Below, in pieces: positions 35,521 through 48,709 of a stretch of 64,000 nt of DNA. The DNA is from Geosiphon pyriformis uo1 (taxonomy: Eukaryota > Fungi > Glomeromycota), in the NCBI GenBank assembly GCA_016748015.1, contig JAAOMT010000324.1, positions 1 to 64,000 on the forward strand. The letters run 5' to 3'. The notes under the pieces are model-generated. The model searched no databases and was not told the origin of the DNA. It worked only from the letters and a program-made list of their open reading frames with translations. The position numbers and the translations under genes were made by a program. Within the stretch, counting starts at the first letter, position 1; each line of letters begins with the position of its first letter.

Positions 35521-38500
35521 CTATGCACTTATATTGACAGAAACTGGGTCACTAATACCTGAAAAAAATAAACAAAACTTGTGAAAACCAAAACGAACAC
35601 CAAAAGCCTTAGCAATACCAAGCAATTCAATCACACCAGCCAAAAACCCTGAAGCCAAACCAGAAACCAAGACGGAAATTGAGCCATCTACTGGGATCAG
35701 GCCATTTTTTTTCATAAATATGCAATGCTTAGCATGGACTAACCAAATGTTATTTCTGAAAGCAAAACAAATAAAGTGCACAAAATTAGCAATTTTAACA
35801 CCAGCAACTTTGGAATCATAAAAGATGGAAATAGCCTCCCAAAGACACTCATTGAAAACAAAACCCTTGTAAAGAGCTGTAGAAACCGGGAAGTCTGAAG
35901 CACAGGTTGACAGCATCTGCAATACACCTGAAGAAGGAAGAGAGAGACCAGAAAGCACTCTCCAAAAAAACATGCAAGATTCCTAGACCTGATGGTAAGC
36001 TGAATTATCAATTATACAAGAAAACACATAATTAGACACCTCTATCTCACCACAATATAGACACAGAACACTAAGGTAACATTTATTGTAAATGCACTTT
36101 CGAACAGCCATGGGAAGCTAATAGTGTAGAGTCTTCATGAGGTAAGTTCGAGTGTCAGCAGTGAACCTGTTGGTAAAACCAGTGGCCATATGCAAATTAG
36201 AGTGCCAAACTCTAGAAGAACAAAGCCAATCAACATCTGAATGCAAACCACCATCTAGAAATCCAAAACCAGAACTGACCTCCCAACGCGCATAACAAAC
36301 AACATGAAAAACATCACAAACAAAGTGCCTAGAATTACCAAAAACAACACCACCATCTGCCAACAAAAAATGTTCACTAACATGAGGAGGAAGATACCAA
36401 CCAGAGAGAAATGCAGCATTAGCAATGCTATCAGTGCAATCATTCTCTGAAATACCAGAGTGGCCCTTAATCTTATGCCATTTAACTCTCAAATTCTTAC
36501 TGCAAATAACATTCCTAACATGCTGACACTTGATCCAACACCAATTGCAAAAATTAGGACACACTAGGTCAGACTCTGATCTGCAAGCATCCAAAGCTGC
36601 CTGACTACCTGAAAACAGGTGAACAGAATAAGCCACAGGCATGCACTTCAGAGCCAATGCTATAGCCTGCAGCTTCATTAAAGTGGATAACAATAAGCCA
36701 TGAACGCTGACACCCAAACTCAAATTAATGTTTTCAAAAAAGGCAGCAGCTCTGGCCCTACAACCAACCATGCCCAAATTCTTTAATGAACCATCCATGT
36801 ACACAGACAAGCTATCAGCACCAATCTGAAAAAGGTGATCACAGATAGACACAAAATCAAATGTCCAGAGAGCCAACACCAGCCAATGCCAATGGAGAAG
36901 AACAAGAAGCCACAAGAAATGCAACAGAAAGTCTAAACCATTCAGGAACTGAACCATAAGAATTCAGTCTCTTCCATTGCTTAAAGATGAGCTAGCTAAA
37001 GACATTACCATTATAATCACAAAGCTGGTCCACGAAGACAATGTCATAATGCTGAAAAGAAGGCAAAAACTTGCAAAACAAAGATTTGCCAAGAACAACT
37101 AACATAGATACCCCACTGTGTAACTGGAAAAAGCTGGCCAAAGAGCCACCCAAAGACAACTTGCAGTCAAAAAGAATGCAAACCATACCAGCTAAGAAAT
37201 TATTAGAAATATTGACACAAATATGGGCAGAAAAAATCAATGGATGGACAGGTCACCAACTTAGAACCTGTAAGTTATGAGACCTGTGACTGAACAAATG
37301 CTCCAAAATTCTGCCAGAGTTTGCAAAACTAACAAGCGAAGCAACCTTGCCCTCAGATTGACACTGTGAAAAAGACTTCAAATCATAAAAAGAGGGGTGG
37401 TAAATTGTATTACTAGGAAAGTCCAGTAAAAAACCAGATTTTAGCTTCAAGCCTTTGCAAATCAATGCATCCCATTTGTTGCACACACCAACAGAAACAA
37501 AGCTAAACTGTGTTCTATAGTTAACAATAGGATGAAAAACCACCAAAACCAAATACAAAAACTGTTTATCTGAGATAGCTTTCTTCAAAACCAAATTAGT
37601 AAAAAAACAAACATCCAAATGTATTTTCACTAAACTAGGTTTAGAAAGACCCTTAGTTGAAATAAAAATATCCAAGTATCGATAAGACTCTCTCTTTTTA
37701 ACAACTGAAATAGGCAGACTACTAATAAAAAGAGAAGGATTGTTGACCCTGCTGTTAATAGGAATCGCCACAGTTTTGTTATTGTTAATTAAGATATCAT
37801 TGATCCAAAAAAATTCACTGGCAACATTAAAAATATGTTAAGTAGCACTTTGACTGCTACCAACCCAAATTGTATTATCAACAAAGGCACTAGCAGCAAA
37901 AAAGGAAGAATGCTCAGCCCAAGATTCGGCATAACCATTCTTAGAAATAAAATAAGAATTCAGTTTATATCCACATATATTCTCCTGACACTTGACTTTA
38001 CACAACAAAGGATCATAAAATATTTGCCACAAAAGAGGGGAGAAAACTTTTTCCTAGTCCAAGCCATTATGTATGCGATAACCATCTGTCAAACCAAAAT
38101 CTGTCATAACCCGGTTGGTGCGACCATTGTGAATGTTGCCAAAAAAACAAATGAATTTGCTACACATCTTAATCTTGATCAAACTATTTTTGAGATGTTC
38201 CCAGCCAACAGAATCATATGCTTTCTGCATGTCCTACAGAACCAGCCAGAGCTTTCAGTCTTTTTCCAAAGCATTTTCTACCACTGAACCAATTGTAAAA
38301 ATAGGAGATTGAGTTGTCATACCCTTTAAAACTGAGAAATTGTCCCCATGAAAGACATCAAAAGCACTATATGTTGAAGAGATTCTGTCAGAAAGAATCT
38401 TAGAAAGAATCTTATGAGTTATTTTGATCAAAGCAATAGGACAAATATTGGTTAAAACACCTTCTCACTCATATGGCTTGGGAATCATCGAGACCCAGGT

Positions 38501-40190
38501 CTCTTTCCAAGAGTCAGACACTGATTCACCAGACAGACAAAGATTCAAAATCACCAAAAGCAAATTCAGAACAGACTTATTGCAATGTTTCCAAAGTTTG
38601 TTCAAAATACCAGACAAACTAGCAACTTTGCTATTAGGCAATTTAGAAACCACTCCAAAGAATTTATCAAAACCAATCAGACATATAACACCAGAAAAAG
38701 CTTCATCAAAAAACGTACTCCAAAAGTTGATATTGACAGCACCAATCAATTAAGATATTATTAGCCACATGACACTTCCTGGTCCATCTCTCCATAATCA
38801 CATTCACTTTAAACTTAACCAAATCAAGCTCCAAAATCAGATTATTATTAACCACCAGATGGTTTAGCACCACTTTATGAAAAAGACACTCCAGCACACT
38901 CTTAATTATATAACCCTTGTTGACTTCAAAGCTTTTTATTCTCTTATCAATGGTGGACCTAATGTTTGCTTCCTTAATTCTCAGAGATTCAGTGAGTTTA
39001 AAAGCACAATAAGACTTCCTGGCACCAAAAAGAGCAGAATAAATATGATCAGAACTGGCACCAGAGTCCACCAGACTTTGAACAATAGAAGATTTGATAT
39101 TGTCCACAGAACTCCAACATTTCATAAGATAAACAAAACTTTCAGCATCTTTTTCATGTAAAGCCTTAACAATTCTAGAAACCAAAAGCTCCAATTTATG
39201 AAACTTTGAAGAATCTTTGGTAAAAACTTCATCAAACTCTTTAAACCACTTTTTTTTGAAAATTTTATTAGCCAAAAGAGTCATAACTTTGTGCACAACA
39301 TACCACATAGCATCCAAATCTGAAAACCTTACAGATGCAGCAAATTTACTCGAGAACATTGTAGCATTGGCCAGTGTAGAACTTTTAAAATTATTCTATT
39401 TAACCTCATTAGCACCCTTGAAATTGAACTTCCAACAATCCTTATTTGCCTGTTTGTAGAGAGAGTTCAATCTCACATCTAAAAGACCACCCAAATCCAA
39501 AGAAACAGAAACAGCTTTGTGATCCATATCAAAATGTTCACTGACAACAAAAACATCATGCTGTATTATCGCATTTACCAGATTTAAGGAAACAAGCACA
39601 TAATCAATTGTCTTGGCAACACCCTGAGAATTGCTCCAAGTTGGTGCCTTAGCAAAGAAGCTCCCACCCAAAGAATTAATCAAACCCAAATCATGGCACT
39701 TTTTAAAACTAGCACACTTGTGAGAATCATCTTCATTAAAGTCACCACCAAGAATGACAAAAGAAGATTCATTCATAGCTTTTACAATCAAGGAATTGAT
39801 CTCATTAGTCTAGAAAAATCAAGTCACCAAGGAGGCACCAGCATACAGCTTCAGAATCAAAACCGAAAGTTTATTCTTGAAAAGTAACTTAATACAGAGA
39901 AGATGACCTGGAACCTCAGAAACCTTATACACATGTCTAGCCAAAGATCTGTTCATAACAATCATGACACCAGCACTCACATAGCCAGAGTCCAAACCAG
40001 AAGAAAACATGCAAACATCATCAAATTTATCAACCAACCAAGGACAAGCCTTATCTCTTAACTTTGTTTCTGTGAAAATTGAAACCAAATTGTCCATATC
40101 TTTATGCCATTGAACAATATTATCCTGTTTTACAGAAATGTTCATACCTCTAACATTGTGCATAGCAACTCTCCACACGAGATCAATCAT
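35521..40190 (-). pseudogene. LINE 1 ORF2 (APE endonuclease, RT, RNase H), disrupted
   Basis: APE: MHNVRGMN, FTETKL, GGDFNE, IDYV, HFDMDH. RT: SMIPKP and AFVDNTIW. RNase H: VYMDGS, KLQAI, SQAAL, WHKIKGHSGISEND. C-terminal CLYCGE. Confidence 0.95.
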
Positions 40191-42024
40191 TGAGAAGAAG
40201 TTAGAAAAGTGGCACTACCAGCCAAAGCCAAACAATCAAAGCAAGCAGACAAGCTCAACACAAATCTGGAGAGGCCATCCAGCATTTTTTTTAGTTTAAC
40301 AACATAAGAGGATGCTGTTGAGTCCACAATTGGAACAATCTTGTCACTAGTGGCTTCACCTGAACCCACTTCCATCACTATATTCTCCCCTTGATTCTGT
40401 AATAGGAGGGCCACCAGCAGTTAACATCCAGGACTAGACTGGGAAACTGCTGGCATGAGTGACTTCAACCTCTTAGCCAACTTACTAATCTGTCTCACAA
40501 GGCTAACAAGACTGCTTTTAATACCAACCAGACATAACTCCAAGTTGTCCACAATCAGAGGAAGAAGTTTGCCAATTTTATTGAAACCAAGAGACATACC
40601 AGCACTATGAAAAGTGTGCACAAGAGAAGCACTAATCACTGATGCTCAAGTCTTACCACCAAAAGCCAAAAGATGAGAAATAAGTGCAGATTTTTTCACA
40701 TAAATTCTAGCCAACCTGAACTGGTCTTGAGCCGAAAGGGGAGCCTTTCTGCTGCCCAGAGCCACAGCATCTTTAACTAACTGACAACTAAGAGATGTAT
40801 GACCAAAACCTTTGCAAACCACACATAAAGCCTGAGAAAGATGAGACCAGTGAAGACCAACACCCTTTATAACTGGGGTCACTGTCATAGTACCAACCAA
40901 ATCTGACTCAGAGTCAAAGCACACAATGGCACAGTAAGCACGAGAATAACTAACAGAATTATGATCAATGAAGCAGGTTTTCCTACCAACAGAACCAATA
41001 AAATCTCACAAATTATAAGCAGTAGTTCTCATGGGGAGAGTATACAGCAAAGCTTTGAAACTATCTCAGACATTCCACAAATGTTTGTCAATGTCAGCCC
41101 TGGCCACACATATCACATCTTTCCCAATTAAAATGGATCATTTGGCAGCTAATAGATCAGCCTAATTCTGATCTTTTAATTTGATAATTACTTTCTGCCA
41201 CAAACTTACCAGTTGCATTTTGATCATCTTAATTATCCCAAATTCGGACACAGCTGCATGCACAGCCTCCACAGATGTTTTCACTAAGATTTTTTTTAGC
41301 ACAATAGCCCAATTTATATAATTGTTGCCAGGGTGCTTAAGATTGGTGTTTACTACAATACCACAATCATTTGCTAATTTTGCTGCAGCCATCATCATCT
41401 TTTCAGAAGTAAAAGAAGCCCAGATTATTCCACCAAATTTTAAAGGAGTAGAGGCCCCCCCAAAACCATTCACACCAGAAAAAATTCTTCTAACATAAGC
41501 TAAATTTTTTCTGAGACAACTTGCTAGCCACCACCCCAAGATCAATATCCAAAGCAAAAGATTTCTTGACTGAGACCTGCACCATATGCTTAAGAGAGAA
41601 AGGGGGAGAAAGAGAGAGTGACCCATCCAAAATATCATTATCATCATCATTTTTCATACTGAAGTTAATAGCACCAAGAGGTTTTTTAAGAGTATGCTTG
41701 GTAATAACTCTTTTGGGATCTTTAAGTGTTATATTAATATCACCACTACCAGACTCCTTTCTACTTTCTTACTGGAAGCTAGTTTCTTCCACCAGACATT
41801 TTTCCTTCATGTAAATACTATTAGACTCAGTGGTGTCACCAGTCTTTGAACCTCATAAATGACTATTCTGAACCTTAGGACTAACAATTTTACCACCAGA
41901 ATCATCTTCTAAAGCATTACTTCTCCTTTTCTTCCTTAGAAGAATAGGTTTAAAGCCATCATAAAACCAGAGACTTTAGCAGTTTTCTTCATAACAGCAA
42001 TACTACAGCCAATAGTGGCTTCAT
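40187..42024 (-). pseudogene. LINE 1 ORF1 (RRM-like region and CCHC knuckle), disrupted
   Basis: AAVSEFGIIKMIKMQL (RRM-like), knuckle CVVCKGFGHTSLSC, and a coiled-coil-like tail. The stop codon overlaps the ORF2 start (ATGA). Confidence 0.85.
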
Positions 42025-42815
42025 AGTTAAGAATAAAGAGTTTGGATTTATCATACTGAATTGTAAAAAAAACTTTTTTTTCAAAAAACTTTAACTCTTT
42101 TTTGGGAATTTTGAATGAAAGAAAGAAAGAAGTTTTTTTTTTTTTTGCTTATTTTGTGAAAATATGAAATTTTTAAATTATTTATTTATATGTTCAAAAG
42201 ATACAAATTGACAATAAAAATTAGTTATAAGTTATATTAAGTTTTGGTTATTTGTGGTTAATAAAAAAGTGGTTATATCATTTTTTGTGTTATAATTTCT
42301 CTTCTTTTGCCTTTTTAATATTGAAATATACATGGTGCTTTATAAAAGTTTTATTCTAAAAAATTGGCAAAAAAATATTTTGGAGATATATAATGATAGG
42401 AAAGAAACAATTTTTGTGTTAATAAGTTTTTTATATTAATTAGTTAATTATTATTGCCAAAAATATGATCTATTAGAATCAAGCTCAAATTAAAAATAAA
42501 AAAAACTGGTTTAATAAGTAATAATAATATAATGTTTATAGTAATTAGTAAACTGAATATGGATTTGTTTAATGAAATGGTTTATATACTTGATATTATT
42601 GAGTTGATAACAATATACTTTAGTAAGTATATATTCTATGTATTTTTTTTGGCATTAATAATAATTTGTTTGTACATATAAATATATAGTATTGTCTAAA
42701 TTAACTTAAATAACTAATCATATATAGCAAATATGTAAGGTATATTTAATTAAAATTACTTAGTCTAATTTTAAATATTAGATAGTGGCTGGACTATACT
42801 TGTAAAATATAAAAT

Positions 42816-43910
42816 AATAATAATAAACTAATAGATAATAAAAAAAATTATTAATAATAAAAAAAAAATTCAAATAAAAAAATATAATTTTTTAATCTTT
42901 TTTGAAAATTTTAAAGATAAAAAAATAGGTTGTAATTATTAACAAAATAATATTATTGTTATTATTAACAAAATAATATTACTGTTATTATTTATGTTTT
43001 ACTTAATAATTTTTAAAATTAATAACAAATATTACTGTTTTTTAATTATTTTTTTATTTAATAAATTACAAAAACAAATAAACACATTTTAAATTAATTT
43101 TAACAATACAAATTAAAAAATATAAAATATAAATACCAATAAATAATATGAAAAAATATTAATATGTAATTATTATTTTATTTCTTTGTTTTTTATAATT
43201 TTTTACAATTGAAAAATTTATTGTTTATATAATTAAAAATAATTAATGACTAAATTAATAATTAGTTTAATTATTAAATTATTAATTAAATTAATAATTA
43301 TTATTTAAAAATAAAATAATTAATTATATAATATTATTGATTAATATATAATAATTTAATAAAAATTATGATTTTTAATTATATTATTATTATTTTTAAA
43401 AATATTAAGTTTTAATAAAATTAGACTATTTATAAATATTTTAATTAAAAAGTTTTATTATATTTAAAACTAATTAATTTGATTGAAATTTAAAATAAAA
43501 TAAGTTTTGTATTTAAGAAACAAATTTTTATATAAAAATTTTGGTTTTTAAATAATAATTAAAACTTTTAAAATATTTAATTATATAATATCTAAAATTT
43601 TTATAACATTAAAACTATTTTTTTAAAAGTTTTATGTTTTTTATGATTATACTAAATTGATTATAAAACTTTAATTGTCTTTTATATAACAAGTTTTTGT
43701 TTATAAACAAAATATTTTTAATTATTTTTTTAAGTATATTAAAAAATAATAATATAATTATTATTATGTATTTAAATATTTAAATATTTATTTTATTATT
43801 AGTTTTTTATAATAGTTTTTTGGTTTAATAATAATATATATTCTATTGTTAATAGTTATAATTTGTTTTTTAATAATTAAAATAATATTTAGATAATTTT
43901 TGGTTTAATA
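42816..43910 (-). mobile_element. Extremely decayed relic of an element-C-family 3' end (ORF3, PPT, 3' LTR)
   Basis: Aligns to the reverse complement of 21910-23180 with mostly C>T/G>A changes, e.g. ttttaattatattattattatttttaaa vs tctcaactgtaacatcatcctctccaaa at the LTR/PPT junction (~43386). Confidence 0.8.
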
Positions 43911-43916
43911 AAAAAA

Positions 43917-44765
43917 TTTTTTTTATATATATTTTATTAAATGATGTCCAATTGTTATTTAGTACATAAAACCAAATTAAATAGTTCAAAATAAACATAA
44001 TTCATGTACTCACTACATATGACTAATCACTTAAACCAGACAAAATAACATTATATATTTATATAAACATATATATTATCATTCAAACCAGAAAAGAAAA
44101 GACATAGTTTGCATCTTATAAAACTAATAACAAAAAACTCTATAATATTAAGCAATTGAATCATTTTATCTAACAATATAAACACTATATTATAAGACAA
44201 TTCTAATATTAAATCACTATTTTCAACCAATTTAGTTTTTTTTATATCTATTTTATATCTGAATCTTACAAGTTATGTCTTAATATAATGTAATTTTACC
44301 AAATGTCTTACATATTCAATAGTAAAAGCAGCTTTTTTTCTTTTATCAAAAATTTCAACAGCTTTTACATACCAGTTTTTTAACATGAAATCTTTATAAA
44401 CTACTATATATAAGCTCATATTTAAGAAACACTCAAAAAGTGTTTACAAAACAGCAGAAGAAAATAGATTACAAATATCTACCAATACAACCCATTATGC
44501 AAAAGTCTCAGCCAGAATTTTTTCATAAATACCAATATCTTGAACACAAATAAAGATATAATTAGATAATTTTATCTTATTATACAATAAACACAACACA
44601 TTAGAATATTTTTTATTATACAATCTCTTTCTAATCATTATTAGCAATTATTTATGTATAGTTTTTATCAAGTATGTGTGCAGATTGACAAACTTCTTAT
44701 TAGTAAATTCAGAAAGCATATGCAAATTAAGATACTATACCTGTGTTGTAGCTATTCAATTTATT
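43917..44765 (-). mobile_element. 5'-truncated LINE 3' fragment
   Basis: LHMLSEFTNKKFVNLHTYLIKTIH..RKRLYNKKYSNVLCL and a terminal CLFFSGLNDNICVYINI*. 3' UTR motif at ~44000-44050, then an A tail. Confidence 0.8.
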
Positions 44766-44785
44766 TTTTATAAAAAATATAAAAA

Positions 44786-45590
44786 TTTTTTTTTATTAAA
44801 TTTAACAAACAAGATCCAATTACTATCTAAAAATTAAGAACAAAATAAGTGTTTTAGTGCTAAATATAGTTCATGTGTTTTTTACATATAACCAGCTACT
44901 TGAGCCAGCTCAGACTATATTAAGTTAATACAACAGAAAAAAACTTATTCAAAAATAACATTTTTTGAATAATATTAAATAAAGTAATACTACAAAAGAC
45001 CAATCCAACCAGCTATTTGGCTGTTTTTAAAGAGTTAATTTTAATATTAATAGGCTCATATGCTCAAAAAGACATTAAGTTAGAAAACACATTATTATTT
45101 ATGTTAATTAAATGTTCTAAATTACTAAATATATTAATATTATTCATACAATATTTTTTTTTCAAAGAAACCACTTTTCTTCTCAACTTACTAACAATCT
45201 TATTAAAAAAACTCAGATAAACTATAAGCTTATTGATCTTTAAACTAAAAACACTGTTTAAGATAAAATTACCTTTAATAAAATGTTCAAATACAGTAAT
45301 CAATACACCAATAGATTTAACAATTAATTTAAACAAAGCTGACAACTTAATCAAATCAAATTCCAGAAACACCAGTTAAAAGAAAAACAGAGAATTACTA
45401 ACAACCACAGAAAAAAAAGCAAAAGCTGCTTAAAGAAAAAACTCAGAAAAATTTGAATAAACAGAGATCTTAACATAAAAAACATTACTCACAAAATAGA
45501 ATTTGAATATCTTAAAAGCCATAAAAGAAAGAGGCAAAAAAACTGTACAGTTTGCAGCCAGATGGCCCAACTTTTAATATTTAAAGCAGT
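44786..45590 (-). mobile_element. ORF1-only non-autonomous LINE derivative (3' part)
   Basis: Knuckle CFKY*KLGHLAANC (45545-45588), then a coiled-coil-like ORF (45064-45372) continuing to ...FFSVVLT* at ~44921. The LINE 3' UTR motif (44870-44915) and an A tail follow directly, with no ORF2 sequence. Confidence 0.7.
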
Positions 45591-47781
45591 CCACCTGATT
45601 TCTTGAATATTTTATTACAAAAAATGAAATCTTCTTTGATTCAACCAAAATTAAAAAGATTTAGAACATTAAACAATGAATAAACATTTGGTTTTTTCTT
45701 GATTTAGTATCTTATTATTGCAAATTTGTCAAAATATTTTCTAAAATTGCCTTTTCACTTAATTAGTTACTTAAAAAAACTGTTAATTATTATTAGAATA
45801 CATATTAACAAAAAGCTTTTAAAACTTTGAAAAAAAAACTAATTACTAAACCAATTTTTAAGCAATCTAATCTGAATCAATTTTTTATTTTCTATACTAA
45901 TACATTTGGCTTTGGACTTAATATTGTTTTATCTCAAAAAGATAAAAATAAAAAAAAATATATTATAGCTTATATTAGCAGATCTTTTTTTTCAGTAGAA
46001 CCAAATTACTTGGCAATTAAACAAAAATGCTTAGCAGTAGTATGGTCTACCAGCTACTAGATTAAGTATCTTTTTGATGTAAAATTCTTAATAATAACAA
46101 ATTACCAAGCCTTGGTTTGGCTGTACAATAAGAAAAAACTGAAATACAAATAAATAACTTACTAAATATTTCATTTGAATGAATTCAACTATAATATACA
46201 ATATTGTAAAAGAGCTTATTATTAAAACACAGATGTTTTCTTTAAACTTACTATCCAATAATAGTATAATCTTTTCAAATCAAACCAACTTAATTATTAG
46301 TAACTCTTTCTTAACCAAACATAATAATAGATTTGAATAACTACTCTGTTTTAATAAAATTTTTAGATAAAAAATAATATCTATTAGATTACACTTAACA
46401 ACAAAAAAAAATTTGCACAAACAATTAAATTTTTATTTAAATTACAAAAAACAACTTTAAAAAAAAATAGAAAAGATTTTGACTGTCTTCAAAGAGTCAT
46501 TAAATTTAAAAAAAAAGAAATTGTGATTTATAATTTGTATACTAATCTATTAACTAAACACTTTGTAAAAACAAAAACAATTCAAAAAACTCTAGCTTAC
46601 TATTATTGATCTACTTTGAAAAAAACATTGCTGAATACATTAAAATCTGTAATATCTGCCAAAAAAAAGGAAAACCCAATTACAAAGAAAACATTTATTT
46701 AATTTCTGTTAGTCAACTATTTAACAGAATTAGTATAGATATTATTAGATTTTTAACCATAATTCTTAATAGCAATAGATATATTATTATAACTATCAAC
46801 TATCTTACAAAGTGAGTAGAAACAAAAATTACTTCAAATCAAACAGTAGTTTCTATTGCCAATTTTATTTATAAAAATAATATTTGTTATTATGACTGCT
46901 CCAAAAAAATTTTATCTGACAAAAAAAGTGCTTTTTTAATACACTGGTTAAAACACTTTGTAGAAAAATGAGAATATGTTAAAACTTTCTTTTTTTTATT
47001 ACTCTTAGACAAATAATTTAATAGAATGTTTTAATAGAACATTATATAAACCAATAAAGAAAAAAACTTATAAGACAAAGTATTGTCTTTAACTTTGTTT
47101 GCTTATAAAACTGTGAATTATAACATAACAAGTTATAAATTTTTTTATCTGCTTTATAAATAAATGGCAATACTACTAATAGAAACTGATATTAAAACAA
47201 TACCTTTTGAAAAAATTATAATAAAGAATTACAAAGACATTTTGTAAAAAAGACTTTATATTATTCTTAACTTTTTGGTAAAAACACAGATAATTGTTTT
47301 TGAAAAGATAAAACAGTTTCAAAGAAAGTTTAAGAAAAAAAAACTTATAAAACACTTTTTTTAAGTGTTAATAACTTAGTTTTAAAATACTACTTGAACA
47401 GAAACAATGTTTATAATAATAAGTTTTCTAGCCAGTAGAAAAAACTTTTTATAGTCAACAAAGTTTTAAACAATAGTTTTTATATTTTACAAGATTAATA
47501 TGAAACAATTTTTAATAATTGTTCTGTTTATAGCACATGGCTCAAAAAATATCACAAATAACTTGATTGGTTATCTGTTATAATAATACTAACCCAAATA
47601 ATTACCAGAAATTAGATATAAATAAATACACCATTTTCAAAACAGAGATATTTTCAATTGATATGAACAATTATTTCCTGAATTAAAACATTCAAAACAC
47701 TTTTTATACTTTCCATAAATATTAAATTAAAAATTATCCAAATGCTACTTTATTTATTAGAAAACAGACTACCATAACTGA
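45585..47781 (+). pseudogene. pol: Decayed element-C-family fragment (RT end, RNase H, IN, ORF3 start)
   Basis: Colinear with ~19750-21974. Contains KQKCLAVVWSTSY and CNICQK..INYLTK. Confidence 0.92.
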
Positions 47782-48709
47782 TGTTTTTAGAAGTTTTTGG
47801 TCTCTTTTCTTGAATGTTGTTAATGTTTATTTGCTGTTAATTTATGTTTTCTAAAAGCAGTTAAACCTTTAATAAAATTTATCTTCAAATTATTTTCTAT
47901 AATTTGAGCTGCTAAACTTATAAGTAGATAACCAATTCTGTACCAATTATTGTATATAATTATTTTATAGTAAAAGTCAATTCTTTTTTAGAAATTGCTT
48001 GTCTAAAAGCTTACTTAAAAAAGTGTGTAGTTACTTTGCTACAAAAGTCAACTTTTTTACAAGAATTTTATCTGTAGACTATCCTAATAATTATAAACAG
48101 AAAAGTAAAAAAATGGAATTTTATTGAGAGAATTGTTTTTATTCAAAATTAAAATTACTAATAAATTACTGAAATTAGTAGCTAATTAATTTCAAAATAT
48201 TAGTTGAGTTTTGGAAAGTATCAAGTATAAATATTAAAGAATTGGTTTTTAAAATATATTTTTATTTTGAATTTGTACTGTAAGATAATTCTAAGAAAGA
48301 TGAGATATATTTTTTTAAAAAGAGAAGCTTTTATTTTATATAACTTATTATAGTATTAGTTTATAAACTTAAATTTTTCTTTTGTTTTGATTTTAATAAA
48401 CTAAAAATATATTTTAATAAATTATAAGTTGTTTTTTCAAATTATGAATAATTTCAATAAACTATTAAAATATTTTGCAAATTTTTACAAATTTTAGCAA
48501 ATTTTTGAATATCATTAAGTTTAGTGTTTTACATAATCTGATTATTACAATTGTGTATTGTAAAAATTAAGTTATTAATTGAATAATAATATTTAATAAT
48601 TTAATTAACTAATAAATAATAATTAAACAATAATAATATATGCTAATTAATAATAAAAATTATAAGAATAATTTCATGTTAATTAATAGCTTAAATTCTA
48701 CTGGTAACA
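47782..48709 (-). repeat. 3' LTR of element D
   Basis: TG..GGTAACA termini, colinear with 29006-29976. Confidence 0.88.

Larger units (their letters stand above)
35386..42140 (-). mobile_element. Near full-length LINE 1 (ORF1 + ORF2 APE-RT-RNaseH-Cys finger) with (TAAA)n tail and 15-bp TSD
   Basis: TSD TTTTTTGCTTATTTT at 35371-35385 and 42141-42155. (TAAA)n tail at 35386-35406 and a pyrimidine-rich 5' UTR start. Confidence 0.95.
35211..42815 (+). mobile_element. 5'-truncated LINE 3' fragment (35211-35385 plus 42156-42815), split by a full-length LINE
   Basis: The joined translation ANLKIYIIKTVYRKLLIAVYKKLYNKLYSDVFCLFCENMKFLNYLFIC is the ORF2 C-terminal Cys finger. The ORF ends FFGINNNLFVHINI*, followed by a decayed 3' UTR motif at ~42690-42740 and an A-rich tail. 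Confidence 0.8.

Noticed and set aside
42797-42815. TG at 42801 as the relic LTR terminus (flank TACT, which would break the CpG rule)
   Set aside because: The sequence aligns with the LINE 3' end and tail (ggaccttattcgttaaataaa in LINE 1). The true LTR end is not visible, so it was left out of the TSD tally.
42816-43910. Near-pure AT tract as a centromere, origin or organellar insert
   Set aside because: It aligns to the 3' end of element C, so it is a hypermutated retroelement relic.
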